Origin: Treponemataceae bacterium
GTDB taxonomy: Bacteria > Spirochaetota > Spirochaetia > Treponematales > Rectinemataceae
Assembly: GCA_963678065.2 (NCBI GenBank)
Contig: CAXXVZ010000005.1
Location: 352,001-416,000 of the forward strand
Direction of reading: 5' to 3'
Length of the DNA: 64,000 nt
The notes below the pieces were generated by a model. It was not told the DNA's origin. It worked only from the letters and a program-made list of their open reading frames with translations, and did not search any database. This document shows positions 29,729 through 38,869 of the stretch, one piece after another (position 1 is the first letter of the stretch; every line of letters starts with the position of its first letter). A program made the position numbers and the translations under genes.

Positions 29729-30877
29729 ATGAAAAAGGAAATACGGTTCGGACTGATCGGCTGCGGACTGATGGGGAAGGAATTCGCGAGCGCAGTCGGG
29801 CGGTGGTTCCATCTCGCCGAGGATCTCCCGAGGCCGGTCATCACCGCGGTCTGCGACATGAATCTCGCCTCGACACAGTGGTTCGCCGCGAATTTTCCCT
29901 CAGTGAAACTCGCCACGACCGACTACAGGGAATTGCTGGCCTCGGGCCTGGTCGACGCGGTCTACTGCGCGATCCCGCACAATCTGCACGCGGACGTGTA
30001 TGTCGACATCATAGAGGCGGGCGTGCATCTTCTGGGGGAGAAACCCTTCGGAATGGACCAGGCTGCCAACCGAAGGATTCTGGAGGCGATGGAGCATCGC
30101 CCGGAGGTCTTCGTGCGCTCCTCTTCCGAGTTTCCCTTTACGCCCGCGGTGCAGCGGATCTGCGACATGATCGAGAAAAAAGAGTTCGGCTCGATAATCC
30201 AGGTCGAGGCGGGATTCATCCACTGCAGCGATCTCGATCCCGGAAAGCCGATAAACTGGAAACGCAGGGTCGCGACCAACGGCGAATACGGATGCATGGG
30301 CGACCTCGGGCTTCACGTCTGTCACGTCCCCTTCCGTGCCGGCTGGATACCCCGAAACGTCCGCGCCATCCTCTCCAAAATCGTCACCGAACGCCCTGAC
30401 GGCAAAGGCGGCATGGCCGCCTGCGAGACCTGGGACAACGCGACGATGTTCTGCGAAGCCGAAGATGCGGCCTCAGGATCCGTTTTCCCCATGACACTGA
30501 AAACACAGCGGATCGCCCCCGGAGAGACCAACACCTGGTCGATTTCCATCCTTGGCACAAAGGCCAGCGCCCGGTTCAGCACCAAGAACATCAATATCCT
30601 GGAGGTCCTGTATTATACTCCGGGAGGCGAACAGAATTGGCAGACGGTCGATATCGGACACCAGACCACGTTCAAATCCATCACCGGAGGTATCTTCGAA
30701 TTCGGATTCTCCGATTCGATCCTCCAGATGTGGGCGGCCTTCCTGTATGAACTCGCCGAAGGAAAACCCAAGAAACGATTTGCCGGCTGCGTAACCCCCG
30801 CCGAAACGGCATTGAGCCACCGCCTGTTCACGGCCGCGCTTTTATCCCAGAAAAACGCGTCTGTCGTTCCGGTTTGA
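29729..30877 (+). CDS. Gfo/Idh/MocA family oxidoreductase
   Basis: FGLIGCGLMG, AIPHNLH, GEKP, GDLGLH; real start ATG 29729 inside longer track ORF. Confidence 0.9.
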   Translation: MKKEIRFGLIGCGLMGKEFASAVGRWFHLAEDLPRPVITAVCDMNLASTQWFAANFPSVKLATTDYRELLASGLVDAVYCAIPHNLHADVYVDIIEAGVHLLGEKPFGMDQAANRRILEAMEHRPEVFVRSSSEFPFTPAVQRICDMIEKKEFGSIIQVEAGFIHCSDLDPGKPINWKRRVATNGEYGCMGDLGLHVCHVPFRAGWIPRNVRAILSKIVTERPDGKGGMAACETWDNATMFCEAEDAASGSVFPMTLKTQRIAPGETNTWSISILGTKASARFSTKNINILEVLYYTPGGEQNWQTVDIGHQTTFKSITGGIFEFGFSDSILQMWAAFLYELAEGKPKKRFAGCVTPAETALSHRLFTAALLSQKNASVVPV

Positions 30878-30895
30878 GAAGCGGGCCGGAGCGAT

Positions 30896-32107
30896 ATGAC
30901 CACGAAGAAACTTGTACAGTTCGGAGCCGGCAATATAGGGCGCTCATTCATCGGGCAACTGTTTTCGCGCGCCGGATACGAAGTCGTCTTTGTCGATGTC
31001 AACGATGAGCTGGTCTCGCTCATCAACGAAAGGCGCCGATACAGGGTCTTGATCAAGCGCAACGACAGGGACGACGAGACCGTATGGGTCGAGAATGTCC
31101 GCGCCATCAACGGCAATGACCGGGTGGCGGTTGCGGGTGAGATCGCCGATGCCTCGTTCCTGGCGACCTCGGTGGGAAAGGGAGCTCTGCGCCACGTATT
31201 CCCCGTAATCGCGCAGGGGCTCGCCGCCCGCAGGGAAACAAATCCCGGCCTTCCTCTCGACATAATAATCGCCGAAAATATCCGCGATGGCGCGGCATGG
31301 TTTGCAGAGGAACTCAGGGCTCTGCTCCCCGAAGGATTCCTGGACGGAAGGAAAGACGCCGCAGTCGCGCCGCTCGGCCTTGTGGAAACCAGCATCGGCA
31401 AGATGGTTCCGATCATGCGAAGCGAAGACCTCGCGGCGGACCCGCTCCAGGTATTTGCGGAAGAGTACAACGAGCTCATCGTCGACAAAAACGGGTTCAG
31501 AGGGACGATTCCGGATTTTGTGGGAATGAAGCCGGTATCGGAGATACGCGCCTATGTCGACAGGAAACTTTTTGTCCACAATCTCGGGCACGCCGCGGCC
31601 GCGTATCTGGGATTCCGGAATCGGAAAGAGGCCCGGTTCATTTGGGAAGTCCTGGAAGACCGCGGCGTTTTCGATGAGGTTCAGGAAGCCATGAGGGAAT
31701 CGGCGGGGGCGCTGGTTCTCGAGTATCCTTCCGTATTCAGCGCGGGCGAGCTCGAAGGCCACATTCAGGATCTTTTGTTCCGCTTCCGGAATCGGGCACT
31801 CGGAGACACGGTCTTCCGCGTCGGCCGCGACCTTTACCGCAAGCTCGACCGCGAGGACAGGCTGATCGGCGCGATTATTCTGGCACAGGAACACGGTCTC
31901 GCGTGGCCGGCGATCGCACGGGCGGTCCGGGCAGCCTGCTCGTTTGATGCGCGGGATGAAAACGGCCTTCCCTTCAGGCAGGATTCCGTCTTCATGCAGA
32001 CCGAGGTCCCGAAAGGCATCCGCGGAATACTGACCGATGTGTCCCACCTCGATCCTGCGATACCGGGCGAGAAAATCATCGTCGATACTATCGCGTGCAC
32101 CGCGTGA
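30896..32107 (+). CDS. Mannitol-1-phosphate 5-dehydrogenase-like (long-chain polyol dehydrogenase)
   Basis: VQFGAGNIGRSFIG, IAEN, YVDRKLFVHNLGH, RFRN..LGDTVFRVGRD..RKL...DRL. Confidence 0.88.
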   Translation: MTTKKLVQFGAGNIGRSFIGQLFSRAGYEVVFVDVNDELVSLINERRRYRVLIKRNDRDDETVWVENVRAINGNDRVAVAGEIADASFLATSVGKGALRHVFPVIAQGLAARRETNPGLPLDIIIAENIRDGAAWFAEELRALLPEGFLDGRKDAAVAPLGLVETSIGKMVPIMRSEDLAADPLQVFAEEYNELIVDKNGFRGTIPDFVGMKPVSEIRAYVDRKLFVHNLGHAAAAYLGFRNRKEARFIWEVLEDRGVFDEVQEAMRESAGALVLEYPSVFSAGELEGHIQDLLFRFRNRALGDTVFRVGRDLYRKLDREDRLIGAIILAQEHGLAWPAIARAVRAACSFDARDENGLPFRQDSVFMQTEVPKGIRGILTDVSHLDPAIPGEKIIVDTIACTA

Positions 32108-32188
32108 GTCGCGGATCGCCCGGCTGGCCGCTGGAAAAAGGACTGCCGGGCATGGTCGCGACGCGTCCAGGCGGCCGCAGCGCTTCCC

Positions 32189-33325
32189 TCAGAATTCCTC
32201 TCTGAACCTCTCGCAATAGTAGGCGACACAGTCCCACTCGGCGTCGGGCGGAATTCTGTGGTCGGGGCAGGGGATGTAGCCGCCCAGCTCGACGAGGGGT
32301 TTCAGTCTCTCGATCTCGGCATCGACTGCCGCTCTGCCGCGCGAAAAAACCACCTTGTCCACGCCGCCGACACCGCGCAGAGACCTGCCGTAGCGCTCGC
32401 GCCAGGGGGCGATCGAGGCGCGCCAGGTGCCCACTTCGATGGGGAACATCGTGTTGACTCCGTTTCCGAGCCAGGTCGGGATGAGGGAATCGATGAGGCC
32501 GTCGCAGTCGAGGGAAACGATCGAAATGCCGCTCCGGGCGAGGCGCTCCGTTATGCGCGCGTACCAGGGGCCGACCAGAGCTTCGAACACGGCGGGGTTG
32601 ATGAGAGGGCCGTTCTTGAAGCAGATGTCCTCCCAGAAATGCCCGAAATCGAAGGTGAGGCCGAGTCCGGCGGCCCGGTTCAGAGTTTCGTCGACGAGGG
32701 AGAGCGCGAGCTGCCCCACCCTGTCGATGATCTCGCAAAAGAGTTCCTGATCGTCGACCTGCAGGTATGCGGAGTTTTCCACGCCGAGCATGTTGCGTAT
32801 CTCGCCGAAAAGACTGCCGCACCAGAGACCCAAAGGTTTATCCGCGAGCTTTCCGGCGGCCTTTGCCACGGCGAGACGCGCGAGTCCCGCGCCGTCGACG
32901 CGATCGGGCGACCACCTCAGTCTCGGTTCGACGAGCCTCTCCCATGAATCCCTGTCTTCGAGCGTGTAACCGACCTCGGAAGGGATGCAGACGATGCCGG
33001 GCTTCTCGATGACGATGGCGCCCGAGGAATTACGGACTTTCATGGAGCCGTCTTTCAGGGTTTCGAGCACGGTCTTCTCGAAAGGAGGAAAGAGCGCCGC
33101 GGTTCCTTCCACGCTCTGCCCCCAGCCGAAATCGAAACCGAGCGCACGCGCCACGGCATCTTCGCGGTCGCTCTGGTAATGATACCCTTCGGCGATGGCC
33201 TGTTCGATCCGTCCTTCCTGGGCCCATTTTTGCACGGTCTCGGGCCAGAATCCGAAATGCACGATGGGCACCCGGTCATACGTCCCGTAATTCAGAATCG
33301 CCAGCGCGTTTTCCCTGTCGGTCAT
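32189..33325 (-). CDS. URO-D-like (MtaA/CmuA fold) protein
   Basis: DRVPIVHFGFW, FWEDICFKNGPLINP, LDCDG, FPIEVG, GGVDK, GGYIPCPDHRIPPD. Confidence 0.8.
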   Translation of the reverse strand: MTDRENALAILNYGTYDRVPIVHFGFWPETVQKWAQEGRIEQAIAEGYHYQSDREDAVARALGFDFGWGQSVEGTAALFPPFEKTVLETLKDGSMKVRNSSGAIVIEKPGIVCIPSEVGYTLEDRDSWERLVEPRLRWSPDRVDGAGLARLAVAKAAGKLADKPLGLWCGSLFGEIRNMLGVENSAYLQVDDQELFCEIIDRVGQLALSLVDETLNRAAGLGLTFDFGHFWEDICFKNGPLINPAVFEALVGPWYARITERLARSGISIVSLDCDGLIDSLIPTWLGNGVNTMFPIEVGTWRASIAPWRERYGRSLRGVGGVDKVVFSRGRAAVDAEIERLKPLVELGGYIPCPDHRIPPDAEWDCVAYYCERFREEF

Positions 33326-34167
33326 GGGTCGTTCCTTCCCCTCGTGGATACGAGACTGGCGCCAGCCGGAGCTGTCGTGGCAGGTGTGGTCAGCACCTTG
33401 ATGCCGAGCCTGTCGAATTCGGCGATATTCTCCGGATCCATTCCTGCGTCAGTCACGACGATGGACACGGCGGAGAGGGCAGCAGTCCTGAAATTGGCGA
33501 CTCGCCCGAGCTTGCTGGAGTCCGCGACCAGAATGACTGATCCGTGCGTGTTCATGATCATGAGCCTGTTTATCCAGGATTCGGCCTGGGTCGAATTCGT
33601 GAGTCCGTACTTGATGCTGAAACCGTCGACTCCGATGACAGCCTTGTTCGCGTAGACGCCCTTGATCGCTTTCACTGCGAGCTCGCCCACGAGCGTGAAA
33701 GATTCCCGTCGGATTTCCCCGCCGGTCATGATGACATTGACGCTTTCGGAATGGACGTGAATGGGCGCGAGAGGATTGTTGGTGATGATCTTGACCCGGG
33801 GAATGTCGAGATGCTTGAGGAACTCGATCGTCGTGGAGCCCGAGTTGACGAAAACAGTGTCGCCTTCTTCGATGAGGGAGGCCGCGAGCTGGCCGATTGC
33901 CTGTTTTTCCGCCTGCTTCAGGGCGCTCTTCTGGGCGAATTGCGGCTCGAAGCCTATTCTGTCGTTGTAGATGGCTCCGCCGTGCGTCCGTTCGATGAGC
34001 CCTTTGCGCTCCAGAAGCTCCAGGTCGCGGCGGATGGTCATTTCCGTCACGCCGAGCGATTCCGCGAGCTCGGCGACACGGAGCGCGCCCTTCTGCCTTC
34101 CGAGAGCGCAGATCGCCTCCCGCCTTTGCTGAGGCGCCCGGTAGCTGCCGCCATCACCATTGGCCAT
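33322..34167 (-). CDS. DeoR/GlpR family transcriptional regulator
   Basis: VTEMTIRRDL, RTHGGA, EKQAIG, NSGSTT, ADSSKLG; GGAGG RBS. Confidence 0.94.
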   Translation of the reverse strand: MANGDGGSYRAPQQRREAICALGRQKGALRVAELAESLGVTEMTIRRDLELLERKGLIERTHGGAIYNDRIGFEPQFAQKSALKQAEKQAIGQLAASLIEEGDTVFVNSGSTTIEFLKHLDIPRVKIITNNPLAPIHVHSESVNVIMTGGEIRRESFTLVGELAVKAIKGVYANKAVIGVDGFSIKYGLTNSTQAESWINRLMIMNTHGSVILVADSSKLGRVANFRTAALSAVSIVVTDAGMDPENIAEFDRLGIKVLTTPATTAPAGASLVSTRGRNDP

Positions 34168-34194
34168 CGCTGCCTCCACAGGCCCCATGCGGCC

Positions 34195-35526
34195 TCAGTC
34201 TGGAACGTATTCGCTGAAATAGCGCGGGGAAAACACGGCGTCGACCGCCATATCGAGAACTCCGAGCTCGGAAATCAGATCCAGCACACTATATCTCGCG
34301 CGAATGAGCGACGCAATCCGCATGCTGTCGGCACAGGCCTTTCGGGAAAGCCCGATCTGGCCAGGTTCGACGGGGCAGGAGGCGTCGCGCAGCGCTCTTT
34401 TCAGCACGGCGAAGTCGGGTATCTGGCGGCGGACGCGTCCGGAAATTTCCTGCCAAAGCAGGGAGGCTGTCTGAGCCCGCCGGACAATTTCGGCTGATGG
34501 CGGGGTCTTTGCCTGGATTGTCTTTATAGCCTTCGGTTTCATGGGATTCCCGGCCGGAATGAGTTCCGCAAGTCTCATTCGGTAGCCAAGAAGGTCCCGC
34601 GAGGGCATGAAGCCCTCGCGCCGTATATGCCTGCCGATCGCCCCCTCTTCCGCGAACAGTTCCCGCATGAGGGCTGCTGCGATGAGGGTGCCGACAGCCA
34701 CCTTGAAGCCGTGGGAAATATCCTGTCCGTCTTTTTTCAGGTGGAACATTTCCCAGGTGTGCGACATGAAGTGCTCGGTGCCGGAGGCCGGACGGGAGTC
34801 ATGGTACCGCTGTATCGCGAGACCGGTGGAAATGAGCCCTTTGTACAGAATTCCTATGGACCTGCTGTCCCCCTTCTGTATTTCCGCGCCCCATGGAAGG
34901 AGGCTGACTGCCGCGGACTGGGCCAGATCCCAGGCGACGGGGTCTATCGCCTCGATTCCCATGAGATCCGCTATGAGCCAGTCCGCTCCTCCGGTCAGCT
35001 TCGCGATGATGTCGCCGTAGCCGGAAGCGATCATGGCACCGGGCGCGTGGACAATGATATCTTCGTCCGCGACTACGCACAGAGGGGGCGGACATTCCAG
35101 TGTGGTTTTGAATCCCGCGACGGTGATGGCGGCGCCGGAGGAAGAAAAGCCATCGACCGAAGGGGCGGTCGGGACACAGACATACCGCATACCGCATTCG
35201 AAAGCGGCGCGCTTGACGATGTCGTTGATGGTTCCCGAACCTACGGCTACCGGCACGGCTCCCGTCGCGGCAAGGACAGCGGCGATTCTGGCCACGAGTT
35301 GGTCACAGGCATAGGGAGGAGGGAAAGCGGGCAGGATGTGGAGGGTGGTTTCAGGCCGCCCTTCGAGGAATGCGGCGAAGCGCGAGGCCGCGACCTTCCA
35401 TATTGTCCCGTCAGTCACGATGATAAAGGGTCCCGGGCCGAAAAAGGGTTCGATGATTGTATGCAGGCGGTCAAGGATGCCCGGACCGTAGAGATTGATC
35501 GCTGTATCCGTCCCGGGAAAATTCAT
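34195..35526 (-). CDS. sn-glycerol-1-phosphate dehydrogenase (AraM/EgsA family)
   Basis: GSGTINDIVK, PTAPSVDGF, GYGDIIAK..GADW, RPASGTEHFMSHTWEM, HGFKVAVG. Confidence 0.85.
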   Translation of the reverse strand: MNFPGTDTAINLYGPGILDRLHTIIEPFFGPGPFIIVTDGTIWKVAASRFAAFLEGRPETTLHILPAFPPPYACDQLVARIAAVLAATGAVPVAVGSGTINDIVKRAAFECGMRYVCVPTAPSVDGFSSSGAAITVAGFKTTLECPPPLCVVADEDIIVHAPGAMIASGYGDIIAKLTGGADWLIADLMGIEAIDPVAWDLAQSAAVSLLPWGAEIQKGDSRSIGILYKGLISTGLAIQRYHDSRPASGTEHFMSHTWEMFHLKKDGQDISHGFKVAVGTLIAAALMRELFAEEGAIGRHIRREGFMPSRDLLGYRMRLAELIPAGNPMKPKAIKTIQAKTPPSAEIVRRAQTASLLWQEISGRVRRQIPDFAVLKRALRDASCPVEPGQIGLSRKACADSMRIASLIRARYSVLDLISELGVLDMAVDAVFSPRYFSEYVPD

Positions 35527-35531
35527 GTTTG

Positions 35532-35659
35532 AATGTTCGATTTTGCTGTTCACGGAAGCATTATATTCAGTGTATGTTCGAATAGTCAACATAGATAACA
35601 ATATTAAGATCGTTTTCTAACATAAATATGTTTGACAAATTGCGAATCAGTAGTATGAT
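35532..35659. promoter_or_regulatory. Divergent promoters with GlpR-type operator boxes
   Basis: AATGTTCGAT 35532-35541; TATGTTCGAATAGTCAACATA 35573-35593; AACATAAATATGTT 35619-35632; - strand TTGACT-18-TATAAT (35589-35560); + strand TTGACA-16-TATGAT (35632-35659). Confidence 0.65.
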
Positions 35660-35697
35660 GACCTTGAAAACATTCATGGCTCAAGGAGGCTGATCGT

Positions 35698-36933
35698 ATG
35701 AAGAAGATTGGATTCGCATGCGTGCTGCTGATTTTGGCGGGCACTCTGTTCGCGCAAAGTCCGGTGAAAGTGTCATTTTGGTACTCGGTGGGCGGCTCCG
35801 TGAGGGACGCAGTCGAAGCCAACATCAAGGAGTACAACGCTTCGCAGAGCAAGTACCAGATCGAAGGCGTCTTCGCGGGGAACTACGAGGAATCCCTGCA
35901 GAAAATCGTCTCGGCCATAGCGACCGGCAACGCTCCGGTGCTCATCCAGCAGGCGCATGTCTACGCGCCGCAGCTTATCGACGCGAATGCCCTGGAATCC
36001 CTCGATTCCTACATCGCGAAAGACAAATCCTTCCAGCGCGACCAGTTCTTCGAGCCCCTGTTCCAGTCCAATGTCTTCAAAGGAACGACCTACGGAATAG
36101 CCTTCAACTGCTCGACGCCGATCATGTACTACAACAAGGATATGTTCCGCAAGGCTGGCCTGAATCCCGACAAATTCCCCGCGACCTGGCAGGAACTCGC
36201 CGACGCCGCGAAGAAAATCAACGCGCTCGGAAAAGATACGAACGGCTTCATTCTGAGCTACGGTTCGGGATGGATCCTCCTGGGATTGACCTGGGAGCAG
36301 GGCGCCGACTGGCTGGCCAAGGACAATTCAAAGGTTCTCTGGAATGAGAAGGCCCATGTCGACGCCATATCCTTCTACAAGAAAATGGTCGATCAGAAGA
36401 CGGCGCTGTACAAGGGCGGCGAACCCGACTTCATGAGCGGCAAGGCCGCCATCATGATGGAATCGACAGCCTCCCTCACCCGGTTCAAGTCGACGGTTAC
36501 CTTCGATCTCGGCACGGCCGAGTTCCCGGCGGGGACCCGCAAGGCCGTTCCGCTCGGCGGCGGCAGCCTCTATGTCTTCAAGCGCAACGCGCAGAACCTG
36601 AAAGACGGCGCCTGGGACTTCATCAAGTTCATGACGAACAAGGAAACGCAGATGAAGTGGGCGGAGGCCACCGGTTACCTTGTCGTGCGGAAGGATGCCA
36701 AGGAAGCTCTGGACAAAGAAGGCTTCCTGCAGAAAGACAAGCGCTACAACACGACCTATCTCCAGCTGCCCAGTATCCGGCCGGAAAACGAGACCGCCTA
36801 TCCGTATTACATCAACCTGAGGAGCATCTACAACGACGCCTGGGACAAGATCATGATGCAGGGCGCCGATATCCAGACAACGATGGATGAGGCGACGAAA
36901 AAAGCAAACGCGGTCATCAAAGAAAACAAGTAG
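35698..36933 (+). CDS. ABC transporter substrate-binding protein (UgpB-like)
   Basis: Signal peptide LFA-Q; FNCSTPIMYYNKDMFRKAGL; STASL; GGGSL; WAEATGYL. Confidence 0.9.
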   Translation: MKKIGFACVLLILAGTLFAQSPVKVSFWYSVGGSVRDAVEANIKEYNASQSKYQIEGVFAGNYEESLQKIVSAIATGNAPVLIQQAHVYAPQLIDANALESLDSYIAKDKSFQRDQFFEPLFQSNVFKGTTYGIAFNCSTPIMYYNKDMFRKAGLNPDKFPATWQELADAAKKINALGKDTNGFILSYGSGWILLGLTWEQGADWLAKDNSKVLWNEKAHVDAISFYKKMVDQKTALYKGGEPDFMSGKAAIMMESTASLTRFKSTVTFDLGTAEFPAGTRKAVPLGGGSLYVFKRNAQNLKDGAWDFIKFMTNKETQMKWAEATGYLVVRKDAKEALDKEGFLQKDKRYNTTYLQLPSIRPENETAYPYYINLRSIYNDAWDKIMMQGADIQTTMDEATKKANAVIKENK

Positions 36934-36994
36934 CGCCAGCGCTCGGAAGAAGCCAGCCGGACAACACTGCCCGGCTGGTTTCATATGCTGGCGC
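36933..36994 (+). other. Extended stem-loop after SBP gene
   Basis: Inner AGCCAGCCGG/CCGGCTGGTT, outer GCGCCAGC/GCTGGCGC. Confidence 0.55.
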
Positions 36995-37051
36995 CGGATT
37001 ATCCTTGAGATCCGGTCGATCCGATCTTCACATCGCGTTTGAGAGGCATAC

Positions 37052-37957
37052 ATGGGAATTCAGAACAATAGGGGAAAAAGAACATTCCTGTTTTTTTCAC
37101 TCGCTCCCACCATTGTGTTGATGTTCGTGTTCAGCTACTTCAGCCTTTTCTATTCCTTCGGCGTATCCTTCCTGAAGTGGAACATGCTGGGCACCCCGAA
37201 ATGGATAGGGCTCAGGAACTATACCCAGATGTTCACGAATCCCGACTTCTGGAATTCGCTCAAGGTCACCGCCGTATACGCACTCTGGAGCGTGCCGCTC
37301 TGCCTCATTTTCGGGCTTCTCGTGGGGATGGTCCTGAAAGGCGCCTCGCTGGGGCGGTCCTTTTTCCGCGTCATGTTTTTCATTCCCGTCATCATTTCCA
37401 TGGTTGTGGCCTCGCTCATCTGGCGCTGGATTTTCAACCCTGGCCTCGGGATACTCAACACCTTCATTTACAGCACCGGCCTTGCGGATTCGGCTTCCCC
37501 GCCCCACTGGATGCAGTGGGTTCTCGACCCGAGCGGCGGCTCGATGGCCGCGCTCCTTATCGTCGGCATCTGGAAACGGATCGGCTACAACGGGGTAATC
37601 TTCCTGGCCGGGCTCCTCAACATTCCGGGCGAATACTACGAGGCCGCGACGCTGGAGGGGGCGTCAGCCCTCACGAAATTCCGCTACATCACCCTTCCCG
37701 TCCTGTCGCCGACAACATTTTTCGTGCTGATCATCCAGCTGATATCCTCGATCAAGGTTTCCGTCTCCCCCCTCGTCCTGACGAACGGAGGGCCGGTCGA
37801 CAGCACGAAAACGCTCGTCCTCTATATTTACAAAGAAGCTTTCGAAAACTTCCGCATGGGGTACGCTTCCGCAGTCGCGGTGTTCGTATTCCTCCTGATC
37901 CTGGCATTCACCGGCATCCAGATGCGATTCGGGGAAAAGAAGGTACACTACCAATGA
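37052..37957 (+). CDS. Carbohydrate ABC transporter permease (UgpA-like)
   Basis: WKRIGYN, IPGEYYEAATLEGA, ITLPVLSPTTFF, TNGGP. Confidence 0.93.
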   Translation: MGIQNNRGKRTFLFFSLAPTIVLMFVFSYFSLFYSFGVSFLKWNMLGTPKWIGLRNYTQMFTNPDFWNSLKVTAVYALWSVPLCLIFGLLVGMVLKGASLGRSFFRVMFFIPVIISMVVASLIWRWIFNPGLGILNTFIYSTGLADSASPPHWMQWVLDPSGGSMAALLIVGIWKRIGYNGVIFLAGLLNIPGEYYEAATLEGASALTKFRYITLPVLSPTTFFVLIIQLISSIKVSVSPLVLTNGGPVDSTKTLVLYIYKEAFENFRMGYASAVAVFVFLLILAFTGIQMRFGEKKVHYQ

Positions 37958-38808
37958 AAGCGCCGACACCGATCAGAAATAAAACCAGGAAATTCCCGAA
38001 ACCGCTGGCGATGGCCGGATATGCCCTCCTCTTTTTCGTGGTCATCCTGTACGACTATCCCATCATCTGGATGATCATCACCGGATTCAAGGACAGCAGC
38101 GAGGTGTACACCTTCCCTCCCAGAATATTCCCCTCGCATCTGTCGTTCGACACCTTCGTGCAGGCGTGGAAGGCGACGCCGTGGATGCGCTACCTGGCCA
38201 ATACGCTTTTCGTGGCGACCATGATACCGCTTCTCAAGATCGTCCTTTCGGCCTTTGCCGGCTATGCCCTGACCTTCAGGTTCAAGGGATCGAATCTCAT
38301 ATTCCTCGCGATACTCGGCACCATGATGATTCCCGAAGAGACGACGCTGGTCGCAAAATATCTTGTCGTCAGCCGCCTCGGCTGGATCAACACCTATCTG
38401 GCTCTCATCGTGCCCGGGATGGTGGGCGCTTTTTCCATATTCATGTTCCGCCAGTATTTTCTGACGGTCCCGAAAGAGCTACAGGACGCGGCCGCGGTGG
38501 ATGGCTGCGGCCATTTCCGCTACATGCTGTCGATAGGGCTTCCACTTTCCAAATCGGTTGCGCTCACCGTGGGACTTCTCTCGTTCATCGACGAGTGGAA
38601 CTCGACGCTCTGGCCCCTCATCGTCATCAACAACGACAAAATGCGTCTGATGCAGATAGCGCTGAAGGCATTTTCCGATGACCGCGGCACGACCTGGAAT
38701 CAGCTGATGGCCGGCTGCTGCTTCGTCACCCTGCCCGTGCTGATTCTCTTCATGTTCGTGCAGAGGCAGTTCATCGAAGGCGTGGCGACCTCGGGCATCA
38801 AGGGCTGA
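37954..38808 (+). CDS. Carbohydrate ABC transporter permease (UgpE-like)
   Basis: FRQYFLTVPKELQDAAAVDGC, WNSTLWP, GVATSGIKG; ATGA overlap. Confidence 0.93.
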   Translation: MKAPTPIRNKTRKFPKPLAMAGYALLFFVVILYDYPIIWMIITGFKDSSEVYTFPPRIFPSHLSFDTFVQAWKATPWMRYLANTLFVATMIPLLKIVLSAFAGYALTFRFKGSNLIFLAILGTMMIPEETTLVAKYLVVSRLGWINTYLALIVPGMVGAFSIFMFRQYFLTVPKELQDAAAVDGCGHFRYMLSIGLPLSKSVALTVGLLSFIDEWNSTLWPLIVINNDKMRLMQIALKAFSDDRGTTWNQLMAGCCFVTLPVLILFMFVQRQFIEGVATSGIKG

Positions 38809-38869
38809 TGCGCCCGGCATCGCCTCGATCCGTCGCGACAATCCATGACGGCAATCACGGAGGAACACA

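Noticed and set aside
34195..35526. G1P dehydrogenase as evidence of archaeal-type lipid biosynthesis
   Set aside because: No GGGP/DGGGP synthase in the window; context is uptake plus phosphodiesterase, i.e. catabolic
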